64,000 nucleotides of DNA from Porphyridium purpureum (taxonomy: Eukaryota), in assembly GCA_008690995.1 (NCBI GenBank), contig VRMN01000003.1, positions 620,001 through 684,000 of the forward strand, in the 5' to 3' direction. This document shows positions 31,441 through 40,459 of this stretch, in pieces. Position numbers and translations under genes: made by a program. Below the pieces are notes generated by a model. The model was not told where the DNA came from and did no database searches. It saw only the letters and a program-made list of their open reading frames with translations. Every line of letters begins with the position of its first letter. Position 1 is the first letter of the stretch.

Positions 31441-34400
31441 ACGCGATGGCGTTTACGTTTGATGCGTCGAAGCTGTCCGCGCTTGCGAACGGCGTGGAAA
31501 AGTTCAATGGCGAGAATTACGACATTTGGGCACGCCGCACGAAGCTCGCGTTGCGTGTGGTGAAGCTGTGGCCCGTCGTTGCGGGGATGGTCGTTCGCCC
31601 ATCGTCGTCGTCGCGTGCAACTACCGGGATGACGGCAGAAGAGTGGGACGATGCGGACCTGGCGGGACAGTTCTTTCTGTCCGGGGTCTTGGAGAACAGG
31701 TACGACCGTCTCGTCCGCGATAAGTCGTCGGCGGACGGTTGGTCCGCGGTGGCGAATTATGCGCACGATCAACTGTCGGCGCAGAAGTTCGCGTTTCGCA
31801 TGGCGCTGGAGCGCATTGTCCAGAACAAGAACGAGGCAATGGCCGAGTACTTGGATCGCGGAATCGGTCTGTGGGACAAGCTTGTCTCGATCGGTGAGCA
31901 AGTTCCCGAGGACCATGTCGTGCGTTATCTGGTGATCGGGCTCCGCAAAGAGTTTCAGGGGTCGAAGGACTACCTGCTGCATTCGGCGCCCACGGTCTCC
32001 GCAGCTCGGCTGCAACTGCTCCAGCTGGAGGCCGGAAAAGCGCTCGAGCGCACGTTGGCAGATGAGCCCCCGCCCATCGCAATGGCGGTGTCCCAGCGTC
32101 CGCAGCAACAGCAGCGTGATCGCTCAGCGGGTGTCGTGAAGACGGCACTCGTCAAGGAGAACCTGAAGTGTGGCTACTGCCACAAGGTTGGGCACGAGAC
32201 GAAGCGTTGCTTTAAGCGCAAGAATGACTTGCGCGACAAGGCTGCTGGTGCGAGTGGCGCAGCAGACCCGGAGGCAGTGAAACGCGGCATCGGAAAGCCG
32301 AATGCGCGGGTGAATGTGGTTCAGGTAAAAACCAAGGTGACGAAACCACCGGCTCCGGCGGCAAAGGCAGCCATTGAGCCAGGTTGGATGTCGTGGGAGG
32401 CCTACGCGAATAGCGTTGCGGGAAGGGGCGTGGTGCCAAAAGGCCCTTCTCTGGATATCCGCATGATTAGCCCCCCAGCGACCCCTGCACCAATCAATAA
32501 AGCCACCACTTCCATCTATGCCATCTGTGTCTCTGTTGTGCCCCACAAGCACAAGTCGCACAAATGGATGTTCGATTCTGGATCGGACAGACATATCACT
32601 TGGGATAGGTCTATTCTAATGAATGAAAGACCTTCTGATGAATCACTTGTTACTGTTGCCAACGGGGAACATGTTGAAGTTTCATTGATGGGTGATGTCA
32701 TGCTCAAAACAATTATTCAAGACAAGTTTAATGACTTGCGTCTTGAAAATGTTTTGTTGATCGAAAGCACACCCATAAATCTCCTTTCGACAAAGGTCGC
32801 AGCGAGAAAGGGCTGTGTCTTCAAACACGATGATAGTTCATCTGTTTTGCATTTTGGGTCAGATGGGCCCGTCCTAGCGGTTGGGGATGGTGATTTAATG
32901 ATCAAACTATCCGCCGCTAGAATAAATGCAATCACAGCTTCAAATAAGTTTGAGCTATTTCACCGTCGACTTGGTCATCCTGGACTTGCTGGTCTGAAAA
33001 ATACGCAAAATTGTGTACAGGGAATTCCCGCGGACTTAAAAGTTCCGGATGAATACCATTGTGTGATTTGCCAAAAGGCAAAGGGAACACGAACTCCCTT
33101 TAAGAAGCGGAAATTGAATTCCATTTCGGCGGTTCCGGGAGAAGTCCTTCATACTGATGTATGCGGACCACTCACTCCTTCGAGTTTTGACGACCATCGA
33201 TATTTTCTAGTTGTCGTCGACGAATGCTCAAGTTTGAGTGTCGTCCACTTGCTCGAGCGAAAAAGTGAAGCGGGTGAAATGTTACTGCGCACACTTAAAT
33301 ATCTCGAAACGACTCTTGGTGCAAAGGCAAAAAGAGTTCGGTCCGACAAAGGTGGCGAATTCGCAAGCCTTTATGTGCAAAGGCATCTCCAAGACTCTGG
33401 AATTACTTGGGAAAATACCTCTGCTTACACGCCAGAACTTAATGGTATGGCTGAACGCATGAATCGGACATTACTCGAAAAGGTTCGAAGCTTATTGTTT
33501 GATAGTAATCTACCTTTGGAAAATTGGAGTAATGCTTTGTTGACTGCGAATTATTTGCGAAATCGCATTTCAAATAATCGCGGGAAAACGCCGATAGAAA
33601 TTGCATTCAGGCAAAGGCCAGATCTCAGCAATCTCAGAATCTACGGATCGAGAGCGTTTGTTCATATTCCTAAGCAATTGCGAGGAAAACTAGAAACAAG
33701 ATCTGCAATTGGATGCTTGGTCGGTTATGGAAATGTCCATTCCGTTTATCGCATTCTTCTATCGGATGGCACGGTCGTTGAAAGTCGAAATGTCACTTTC
33801 GATGAGTCTGTCGTTGGAATAGATGTTCATGAACATGAAATCCACGATTCGGAATATTTTTCCAACTTCGATAAAATTGTCGAAGAGTTGTTTCCAAAAG
33901 ATTTCTCGAAGTCGTTTGATGAAAAGTCTCAAATCGCGTCAAAAAATTTTGAAACAGATTCCACTCGACAAATGGATGATCGCAGTCAGGAATATTCTAT
34001 TTCAAATGAAATCGGAGAAACGTTTCTGGAAAAAGTTCAGAATAATTCGAAAGATTTAGGGTTCCAAAAAGCTCCAAATGGAAACTTTGGGAATACTGAG
34101 GATGACGAAAGTCAAGACAGTGGATATGTCGCAAATCAATTCGTTGGAATAATTTCCACCGTTTCTGAACCTCGGTCAGTCGAAGAAGCACTAAAGGGTG
34201 ACTTCTCTGAGCAATGGCTGGAAGCTCTGAATAGAGAATTGGAATCTCTCACTGGCAACTGCACGTGGGAGCTCGTCGATCGTCCACAGGACCGAATTCC
34301 TGTCAGATGCAAATGGGTTTTTAAGATCAAATATAATGTCAACGGACAAATTGATCGGTTCAAGTGTCGACTTGTCGCAAAAGGTTTCACTCAGAAACCT

Positions 34401-35708
34401 GGTTTGGACTACGACGAAGTGTTCAGCCCTGTTGTGCGACACAACACTATTCGAACGGTCCTGGCAGTAGCAGCTGCAAGAAAGTTGAAAATTCGACTTT
34501 TCGATGTGGTGACTGCGTTTCTCAATGGAGAACTTCATGAAGAAATTTTCATGGAACAGCCTCCTGGATTCGTACATGAAGGAGGAAAAGTCCTGAAACT
34601 GCGTAAAGCAATCTATGGATTGAAGCAGGCATCTCGAGCTTGGAATCAAGTTCTTGTGCAAGCACTTAAAGAAATCAATTTTTCCGAAAGTACGGCAGAT
34701 CCTTGTCTGTTTTCTAAGGGTCCAAATGGTCCGTATATCATGATTTACGTCGATGACTTGGTCTTCATAGGTGAAGACGAAGTTACTTCAAATGAAGTGC
34801 TTCTGCATTTGCAAGGCAAGTTTGAAGTCAGGGATCTTGGGCAAGTGGTCAAGCAAAAATTTGCCGGCTACACTCTTGATTATGATCAAAGGAATGGCAT
34901 TATCAGACTTAATCAAAGCTTGTATGTCCAAACCATCCTGGAAAGGTTCGGAATGGAATCGGCGAATCCAAGGAAGCTTCCCATGGAAAAGGATACGAAG
35001 TGGTATACTGCTACTGCAGAACCATGCAAGATGCCTTACATGGAACTCGTGGGAGCACTAATGTATTTGTGCACTTGCACGCGTCCGGATATTTCCTTCG
35101 CCGTGGGAGTGCTTGCACGATCAATGGCAAATGCCAATGAATCCCATTGGAATGCGGCAAAGGGAGTGCTGCGATATCTTAAAGGAACCATAAATTATGG
35201 TCTCCAATTTAGCTCAAATGGCAACTCCGACCTAATTGGTTACGTTGATTCAGACTATGCTAGTGATCTTCGAACGCGAAGGTCAACCACCGGATATGCT
35301 TTCACGATCAATGGATCAGTTGTCTCCTGGAAATCCAGGCTACAACCAACTGTGGCGCTGTCCACAACCGAAGCAGAGTACATGGCTCTCTCGGATGCAT
35401 GTAAAGAAGCCCAGTGGTTTCAATATCTCATGGAATTCCTAGGATTCAAGTCGAAATCGATTCCAATGTTTTGTGACAATGATGCTGCACTGAAACTGAG
35501 TGAGAACCCGATTGTGCACGAAAGGTCGAAGCACATTGACGTGAGAAAGCACTATGCTCGCGAATGTCAGCAACGGGGAATAGTCAAGGCTATTTACATT
35601 CGCACATCAGATCAGGCAGCAGATTTCCTAACCAAAGTGGTTCCTCGAGAAATGTTTTTGAAATGCAAAACCTTATTGGGTGTTGCTTGTCTTGAAAATT
35701 CGAGATAG
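31431..35708 (+). CDS. Copia gag-pol polyprotein (Gag, zinc knuckle, protease, integrase, RT, RNase H)
   Basis: CGYCHKVGHETKRC knuckle; WMFDSGS protease; HRRLGH..CVIC; HTDVCGP/RSDKGGEF/NGMAERMNRT DDE; YGLKQASRAW, YVDD; DSDYA..RRSTTG, DQAADFLTK. Start is at 31431 or 31446. Confidence 0.97.
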   Translation: MSPDAMAFTFDASKLSALANGVEKFNGENYDIWARRTKLALRVVKLWPVVAGMVVRPSSSSRATTGMTAEEWDDADLAGQFFLSGVLENRYDRLVRDKSSADGWSAVANYAHDQLSAQKFAFRMALERIVQNKNEAMAEYLDRGIGLWDKLVSIGEQVPEDHVVRYLVIGLRKEFQGSKDYLLHSAPTVSAARLQLLQLEAGKALERTLADEPPPIAMAVSQRPQQQQRDRSAGVVKTALVKENLKCGYCHKVGHETKRCFKRKNDLRDKAAGASGAADPEAVKRGIGKPNARVNVVQVKTKVTKPPAPAAKAAIEPGWMSWEAYANSVAGRGVVPKGPSLDIRMISPPATPAPINKATTSIYAICVSVVPHKHKSHKWMFDSGSDRHITWDRSILMNERPSDESLVTVANGEHVEVSLMGDVMLKTIIQDKFNDLRLENVLLIESTPINLLSTKVAARKGCVFKHDDSSSVLHFGSDGPVLAVGDGDLMIKLSAARINAITASNKFELFHRRLGHPGLAGLKNTQNCVQGIPADLKVPDEYHCVICQKAKGTRTPFKKRKLNSISAVPGEVLHTDVCGPLTPSSFDDHRYFLVVVDECSSLSVVHLLERKSEAGEMLLRTLKYLETTLGAKAKRVRSDKGGEFASLYVQRHLQDSGITWENTSAYTPELNGMAERMNRTLLEKVRSLLFDSNLPLENWSNALLTANYLRNRISNNRGKTPIEIAFRQRPDLSNLRIYGSRAFVHIPKQLRGKLETRSAIGCLVGYGNVHSVYRILLSDGTVVESRNVTFDESVVGIDVHEHEIHDSEYFSNFDKIVEELFPKDFSKSFDEKSQIASKNFETDSTRQMDDRSQEYSISNEIGETFLEKVQNNSKDLGFQKAPNGNFGNTEDDESQDSGYVANQFVGIISTVSEPRSVEEALKGDFSEQWLEALNRELESLTGNCTWELVDRPQDRIPVRCKWVFKIKYNVNGQIDRFKCRLVAKGFTQKPGLDYDEVFSPVVRHNTIRTVLAVAAARKLKIRLFDVVTAFLNGELHEEIFMEQPPGFVHEGGKVLKLRKAIYGLKQASRAWNQVLVQALKEINFSESTADPCLFSKGPNGPYIMIYVDDLVFIGEDEVTSNEVLLHLQGKFEVRDLGQVVKQKFAGYTLDYDQRNGIIRLNQSLYVQTILERFGMESANPRKLPMEKDTKWYTATAEPCKMPYMELVGALMYLCTCTRPDISFAVGVLARSMANANESHWNAAKGVLRYLKGTINYGLQFSSNGNSDLIGYVDSDYASDLRTRRSTTGYAFTINGSVVSWKSRLQPTVALSTTEAEYMALSDACKEAQWFQYLMEFLGFKSKSIPMFCDNDAALKLSENPIVHERSKHIDVRKHYARECQQRGIVKAIYIRTSDQAADFLTKVVPREMFLKCKTLLGVACLENSR

Positions 35709-35747
35709 AGGTGGAAGGCATGACGAAAAGTTGTCGCTGCGTGGGAG

Positions 35748-36072
35748 TGTTATGAATCCAGGGTTTCGGTAGATTCCCTCCCCAGGTAAAGTAGTAATAC
35801 CATGGGGAATGTTTCAGCTCCAACTTTCTGTATTTCTCCAACTTTCTGTATTTCTCCAACTTATAGTAAATAAGGGTTTTTGCCCTGGAGGTACAGTTGG
35901 CAATCTCACTAGTGAAAGCACTACGATTGCCTATATGAAGAGCTTAGCGATGGCCGAGGCTCGGAGTCCCCGGATGACGAAGGTAAGGTTAGTTGCAAGG
36001 GCGACGAAGGGGACACGCAACTGCGTTAGTGACAAGTCACAAAGACTCCCCGATACATCAGACCTTTTAATA
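35748..36072 (+). repeat. 3' LTR of inner copia copy
   Basis: Matches 31102-31426; preceded by the short purine-rich tract GTGGGAG. Confidence 0.97.
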
Positions 36073-37478
36073 CTATCATCGTGTTTGAAGACACAGCCCT
36101 TTCTCGCTGCGACCTTTGTCGAAAGGAGATTTATGGGTGTGCTTTCGATCAACAAAACATTTTCAAGACGCAAGTCATTAAACTTGTCTTGAATAATTGT
36201 TTTGAGCATGACATCACCCATCAATGAAACTTCAACATGTTCCCCGTTGGCAACAGTAACAAGTGATTCATCAGAAGGTCTTTCATTCATTAGAATAGAC
36301 CTATCCCAAGTGATATGTCTGTCCGATCCAGAATCGAACATCCATTTGTGCGACTTGTGCTTGTGGGGCACAACAGAGACACAGATGGCATAGATGGAAG
36401 TGGTGGCTTTATTGATTGGTGCAGGGGTCGCTGGGGGGCTAATCATGCGGATATCCAGAGAAGGGCCTTTTGGCACCACGCCCCTTCCCGCAACGCTATT
36501 CGCGTAGGCCTCCCACGACATCCAACCTGGCTCAATGGCTGCCTTTGCCGCCGGAGCCGGTGGTTTCGTCACCTTGGTTTTTACCTGAACCACATTCACC
36601 CGCGCATTCGGCTTTCCGATGCCGCGTTTCACTGCCTCCGGGTCTGCTGCGCCACTCGCACCAGCAGCCTTGTCGCGCAAGTCATTCTTGCGCTTAAAGC
36701 AACGCTTCGTCTCGTGCCCAACCTTGTGGCAGTAGCCACACTTCAGGTTCTCCTTGACGAGTGCCGTCTTCACGACACCCGCTGAGCGATCACGCTGCTG
36801 TTGCTGCGGACGCTGGGACACCGCCATTGCGATGGGCGGGGGCTCATCTGCCAACGTGCGCTCGAGCGCTTTTCCGGCCTCCAGCTGGAGCAGTTGCAGC
36901 CGAGCTGCGGAGACCGTGGGCGCCGAATGCAGCAGGTAGTCCTTCGACCCCTGAAACTCTTTGCGGAGCCCGATCACCAGATAACGCACGACATGGTCCT
37001 CGGGAACTTGCTCACCGATCGAGACAAGCTTGTCCCACAGACCGATTCCGCGATCCAAGTACTCGGCCATTGCCTCGTTCTTGTTCTGGACAATGCGCTC
37101 CAGCGCCATGCGAAACGCGAACTTCTGCGCCGACAGTTGATCGTGCGCATAATTCGCCACCGCGGACCAACCGTCCGCCGACGACTTATCGCGGACGAGA
37201 CGGTCGTACCTGTTCTCCAAGACCCCGGACAGAAAGAACTGTCCCGCCAGGTCCGCATCGTCCCACTCTTCTGCCGTCATCCCGGTAGTTGCACGCGACG
37301 ACGACGATGGGCGAACGACCATCCCCGCAACGACGGGCCACAGCTTCACCACACGCAACGCGAGCTTCGTGCGGCGTGCCCAAATGTCGTAATTCTCGCC
37401 ATTGAACTTTTCCACGCCGTTCGCAAGCGCGGACAGCTTCGACGCATCAAACGTAAACGCCATCGCGTCTAGGCTCAT
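35931..37478 (-). pseudogene. Truncated gag-protease of outer copy, reading into the antisense inner LTR (515 aa open frame)
   Basis: Matches the inner polyprotein up to ...CVFKHDDS except residue 3 (L vs P); then 46 aa from the antisense LTR to a stop at 35931. Confidence 0.9.
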
Positions 37479-37482
37479 AACC

Positions 37483-37807
37483 TATTAAAAGGTCTGATGT
37501 ATCGGGGAGTCTTTGTGACTTGTCACTAACGCAGTTGCGTGTCCCCTTCGTCGCCCTTGCAACTAACCTTACCTTCGTCATCCGGGGACTCCGAGCCTCG
37601 GCCATCGCTAAGCTCTTCATATAGGCAATCGTAGTGCTTTCACTAGTGAGATTGCCAACTGTACCTCCAGGGCAAAAACCCTTATTTACTATAAGTTGGA
37701 GAAATACAGAAAGTTGGAGAAATACAGAAAGTTGGAGCTGAAACATTCCCCATGGTATTACTACTTTACCTGGGGAGGGAATCTACCGAAACCCTGGATT
37801 CATAACA
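37483..37807 (-). repeat. 5' LTR of outer copia copy
   Basis: Matches the other three LTRs as read; PBS GGTTATGAGCCTAG follows on the minus strand (37469-37482). Confidence 0.97.
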
Positions 37808-39744
37808 GCATTGTCCAGCTCAGAGGTGACATTGAAGCCGTGCGCCTCGAGGTTACGCCGAACGGAAGCATAGCTTTCGGTAAGCGGCGTACTAGTACTT
37901 TGCCGTGTTCATATTACCATCGACAAAGAGGTTTGTACACCATCATTGGGCCGCGCGACGAGTCATCGGGACATTTATGCAAGCTGTCAATTCCAGAAGG
38001 CATGCACGTGGCATACAACAGGCTTTGCCTGTCGCGAGCGACCTGATGCAGGTCTCAGTACAGCGAGTACGCAGAGGTACAGTCCCTAAGTGTACTGAAA
38101 GTACAGCTGTGGGTGTACCCTGTGGTACAGCTGAGTTATGTTGAGGGCCGCGGGATTGGGTTATTCCGAGGGCTGAACCCGCCGGGCAAGCCGTTGCGGC
38201 GCCGGAAGGCGGGTATAAAACAGAGCGAGCGGCAGCCGAACGAAGAAAAAAGGCTAGGAAGAAGAGAGTAGGGAGAGGAGGAGAGAAGAAGAAGTAAAGA
38301 AAAGAAGCTCCGTTTGTGATATGCCCGGCGTGACAGTCAACCCAGCGTTGCGAAGAGCCGAAAGTGCCGTTGCGTGTCCAAAGGTCTGTGCCTGAGAGAC
38401 AGACAACTTGGTTGAATGCAGCCTTCGGCTAGACAACCAAGGCATTAGTAAACGCCAGAGGCCTCCAGATATTGTTAAAACAAAGGGCAGGCTTCCACAA
38501 CATTTACTGGTGGCGAAGGAATTCACCTCATGTTTGAAGCGTCCAGCACCAAGGCCTGGTCGAGCACTCCAATCGTAGCTCGTGTACAGTCTCTCGAAAC
38601 GTCGTCGTAAAAACAGAGTCGGCGCACATATTGCGTCGTTCCGCATTTTCACGTGGAAGCGGCTTCGGACCTGGCTTACAGCGCAGGCTGGGGGCTCTTC
38701 TGGCGCCGAATGTCGGCTCATTGTCCGGGTTTACTGCCGCGAGCATTCCAGGCAAGGCAATAGAGCCTTCGCAAGGACTTGCGCCGAGAGCTGCTGGCCA
38801 GCAAGGGCGTCGCTGTGCTTGCTTTCGTAGTTGGACACTCCCGTGGCCGCTGCTCGGACGTTTTGCGCTCAGTTTCGCGTCGAAGACACTTCACACACGC
38901 GCGGTAGGACAAAATGTCAGATGAATATCTTTTGATCAAAACTCTTGTTGCTCGAAACGGTTTACGAAAAAGCCGCTTTTCGGTTTAGAACGCGCGGGCT
39001 TGCCACTTCGGAACTCGTGCGGGGGAACGGTTCGCAGGCACGGATGAGTCTGCATCAGGTCCCTACCCATTCTATCGGACCGTTTTGCGTTTAAACTAGA
39101 ACAACCTTGAGCCGAAAGCAATTCCGCTGTTTTGTTGAGCGCACCACTTTTCCTCTTTCTCCTCACAATTTGCTGTGGTCTCAAGGTGTAGCGAGTCGGT
39201 CATATATCCTACCTGTGGACTTGTTATGGTGATGGTTAATGTCAACAATATTGCTGAGACGATGGGCTTCACATTGTCGGGTCAAGCACTTATTACCACA
39301 CATGTGAGGACGCACTGCGAATGTACCTTGCCTCAACATCTCGTGCGACGATATGTTTGGGAAGAATGTCGTATCTTTGCATCTTGAGTACTCGGAGACA
39401 GTTCGAACACTTTTGGTACCTTCTAATGGGCTGAAGGAGAGCGCCATGCGCACGGAAGCTTTCCAAATTCGTCATTCTCGATCTTTTTTAACCATGAACA
39501 GAATAGTGAATGAATTAGCACATGAATCGGTCTAGTTTACCATGAAGTTTAAGAAATTCTGGCGATCTTGCAGGCGTTGTGAACGTCTTGACTAGGACGG
39601 TACTGACCCTCCGATTCGAACTTATTTTTCCCGCTTCAGGAGAGCGCACCAAAGAACCCCCTGTTGAGGCCAGATTGGCTGCTTCTCTCAGGCGGTGAAT
39701 CTGGCAATCCGCCATCCAAGCACGAATAGGCCTCAAGACTGCTT

Positions 39745-39745
<1 letters not shown>

Positions 39746-39776
<31 letters not shown>
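39746..39776. repeat. (GA)15 microsatellite
   Basis: Read directly. Confidence 0.97.
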
Positions 39777-39780
<4 letters not shown>

Positions 39781-40459
39781 CCCAGTCCGGTTTAGTGCGC
39801 TAGGAAGGATTTCAAAGCTAAGCTAGTACCGCAGTGGAATGGTATAATCTTTGCACGATTGCACTCGATCACGCTGAGCCTTCATTTTCGTCGCTCATAT
39901 CGGGTTGCGGAAATCCTGGAGGTTTCAGCGCGCGGGAAGCCGGTCTGGCAACGGGCGTATCGGTGACTTGGTGTGGAGCTTCCTTGTAGAGGACCTCTGA
40001 CACAGTAGCTCAAATCTACACGTGTGAAACTGACGTAAACATACTCCCTTTTATAGATACGGAATTAATTTCCTCTTACTTTCTAAGCACTACCGTGCTG
40101 CTCCTGCACGAGGCTTGGGCGCGCTATTTATGCACTCGGTGAGTTTGTCCGAGTAGACTTCGGCTGCTCTGAATGCTTGCCCGAAAGGTGAGTTGTGGCG
40201 ACGCTGCAAACAGAGAGCGAACAAAACCAGAGACAGACAAAAGGGTCGCAAGGCAGGGTACAGCCACTGAAGGCGAAACAGATGATATTGACGGTTTTCG
40301 TACTTGCTGTGCAAAAGATAGGCTTTTGATTTCTTGAAGTAAACCGGCCGTGCGAAATGTGAAATATTTCGTGAGCGGAAATTGCAGGGTAGAAGAAAAA
40401 GAAATAGTATTTTAATGCTAAAACTTCCAACAAGACGAAAACATCTCTCCCAAGGCGGC

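Larger units (their letters stand above)
31102..36072 (+). mobile_element. Intact Ty1/copia LTR retrotransposon (inner copy, 4,971 bp)
   Basis: LTRs 31102-31426 and 35748-36072; TSD CTATC at 31097-31101 and 36073-36077; PBS and short PPT present; uninterrupted polyprotein. Confidence 0.98.
27861..37807 (-). mobile_element. Ty1/copia LTR retrotransposon (outer copy), disrupted by an inverted insertion of the same element
   Basis: 325-bp LTRs at 37483-37807 and 27861-28185; 5-bp TSD GCATT at 27856-27860 and 37808-37812. Length minus insert and inner TSD is 4,971 bp, equal to the inner copy. Confidence 0.97.

Noticed and set aside
27861..37807. Inverted duplication as a pure assembly artefact
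   Set aside because: Two distinct, correctly placed 5-bp TSDs and exact length accounting favour a real insertion. Sequence identity could still be inflated by consensus polishing.
38300..39740. Possible further transposon or pseudogene remnant
   Set aside because: Only short ORFs and no motif I can name.
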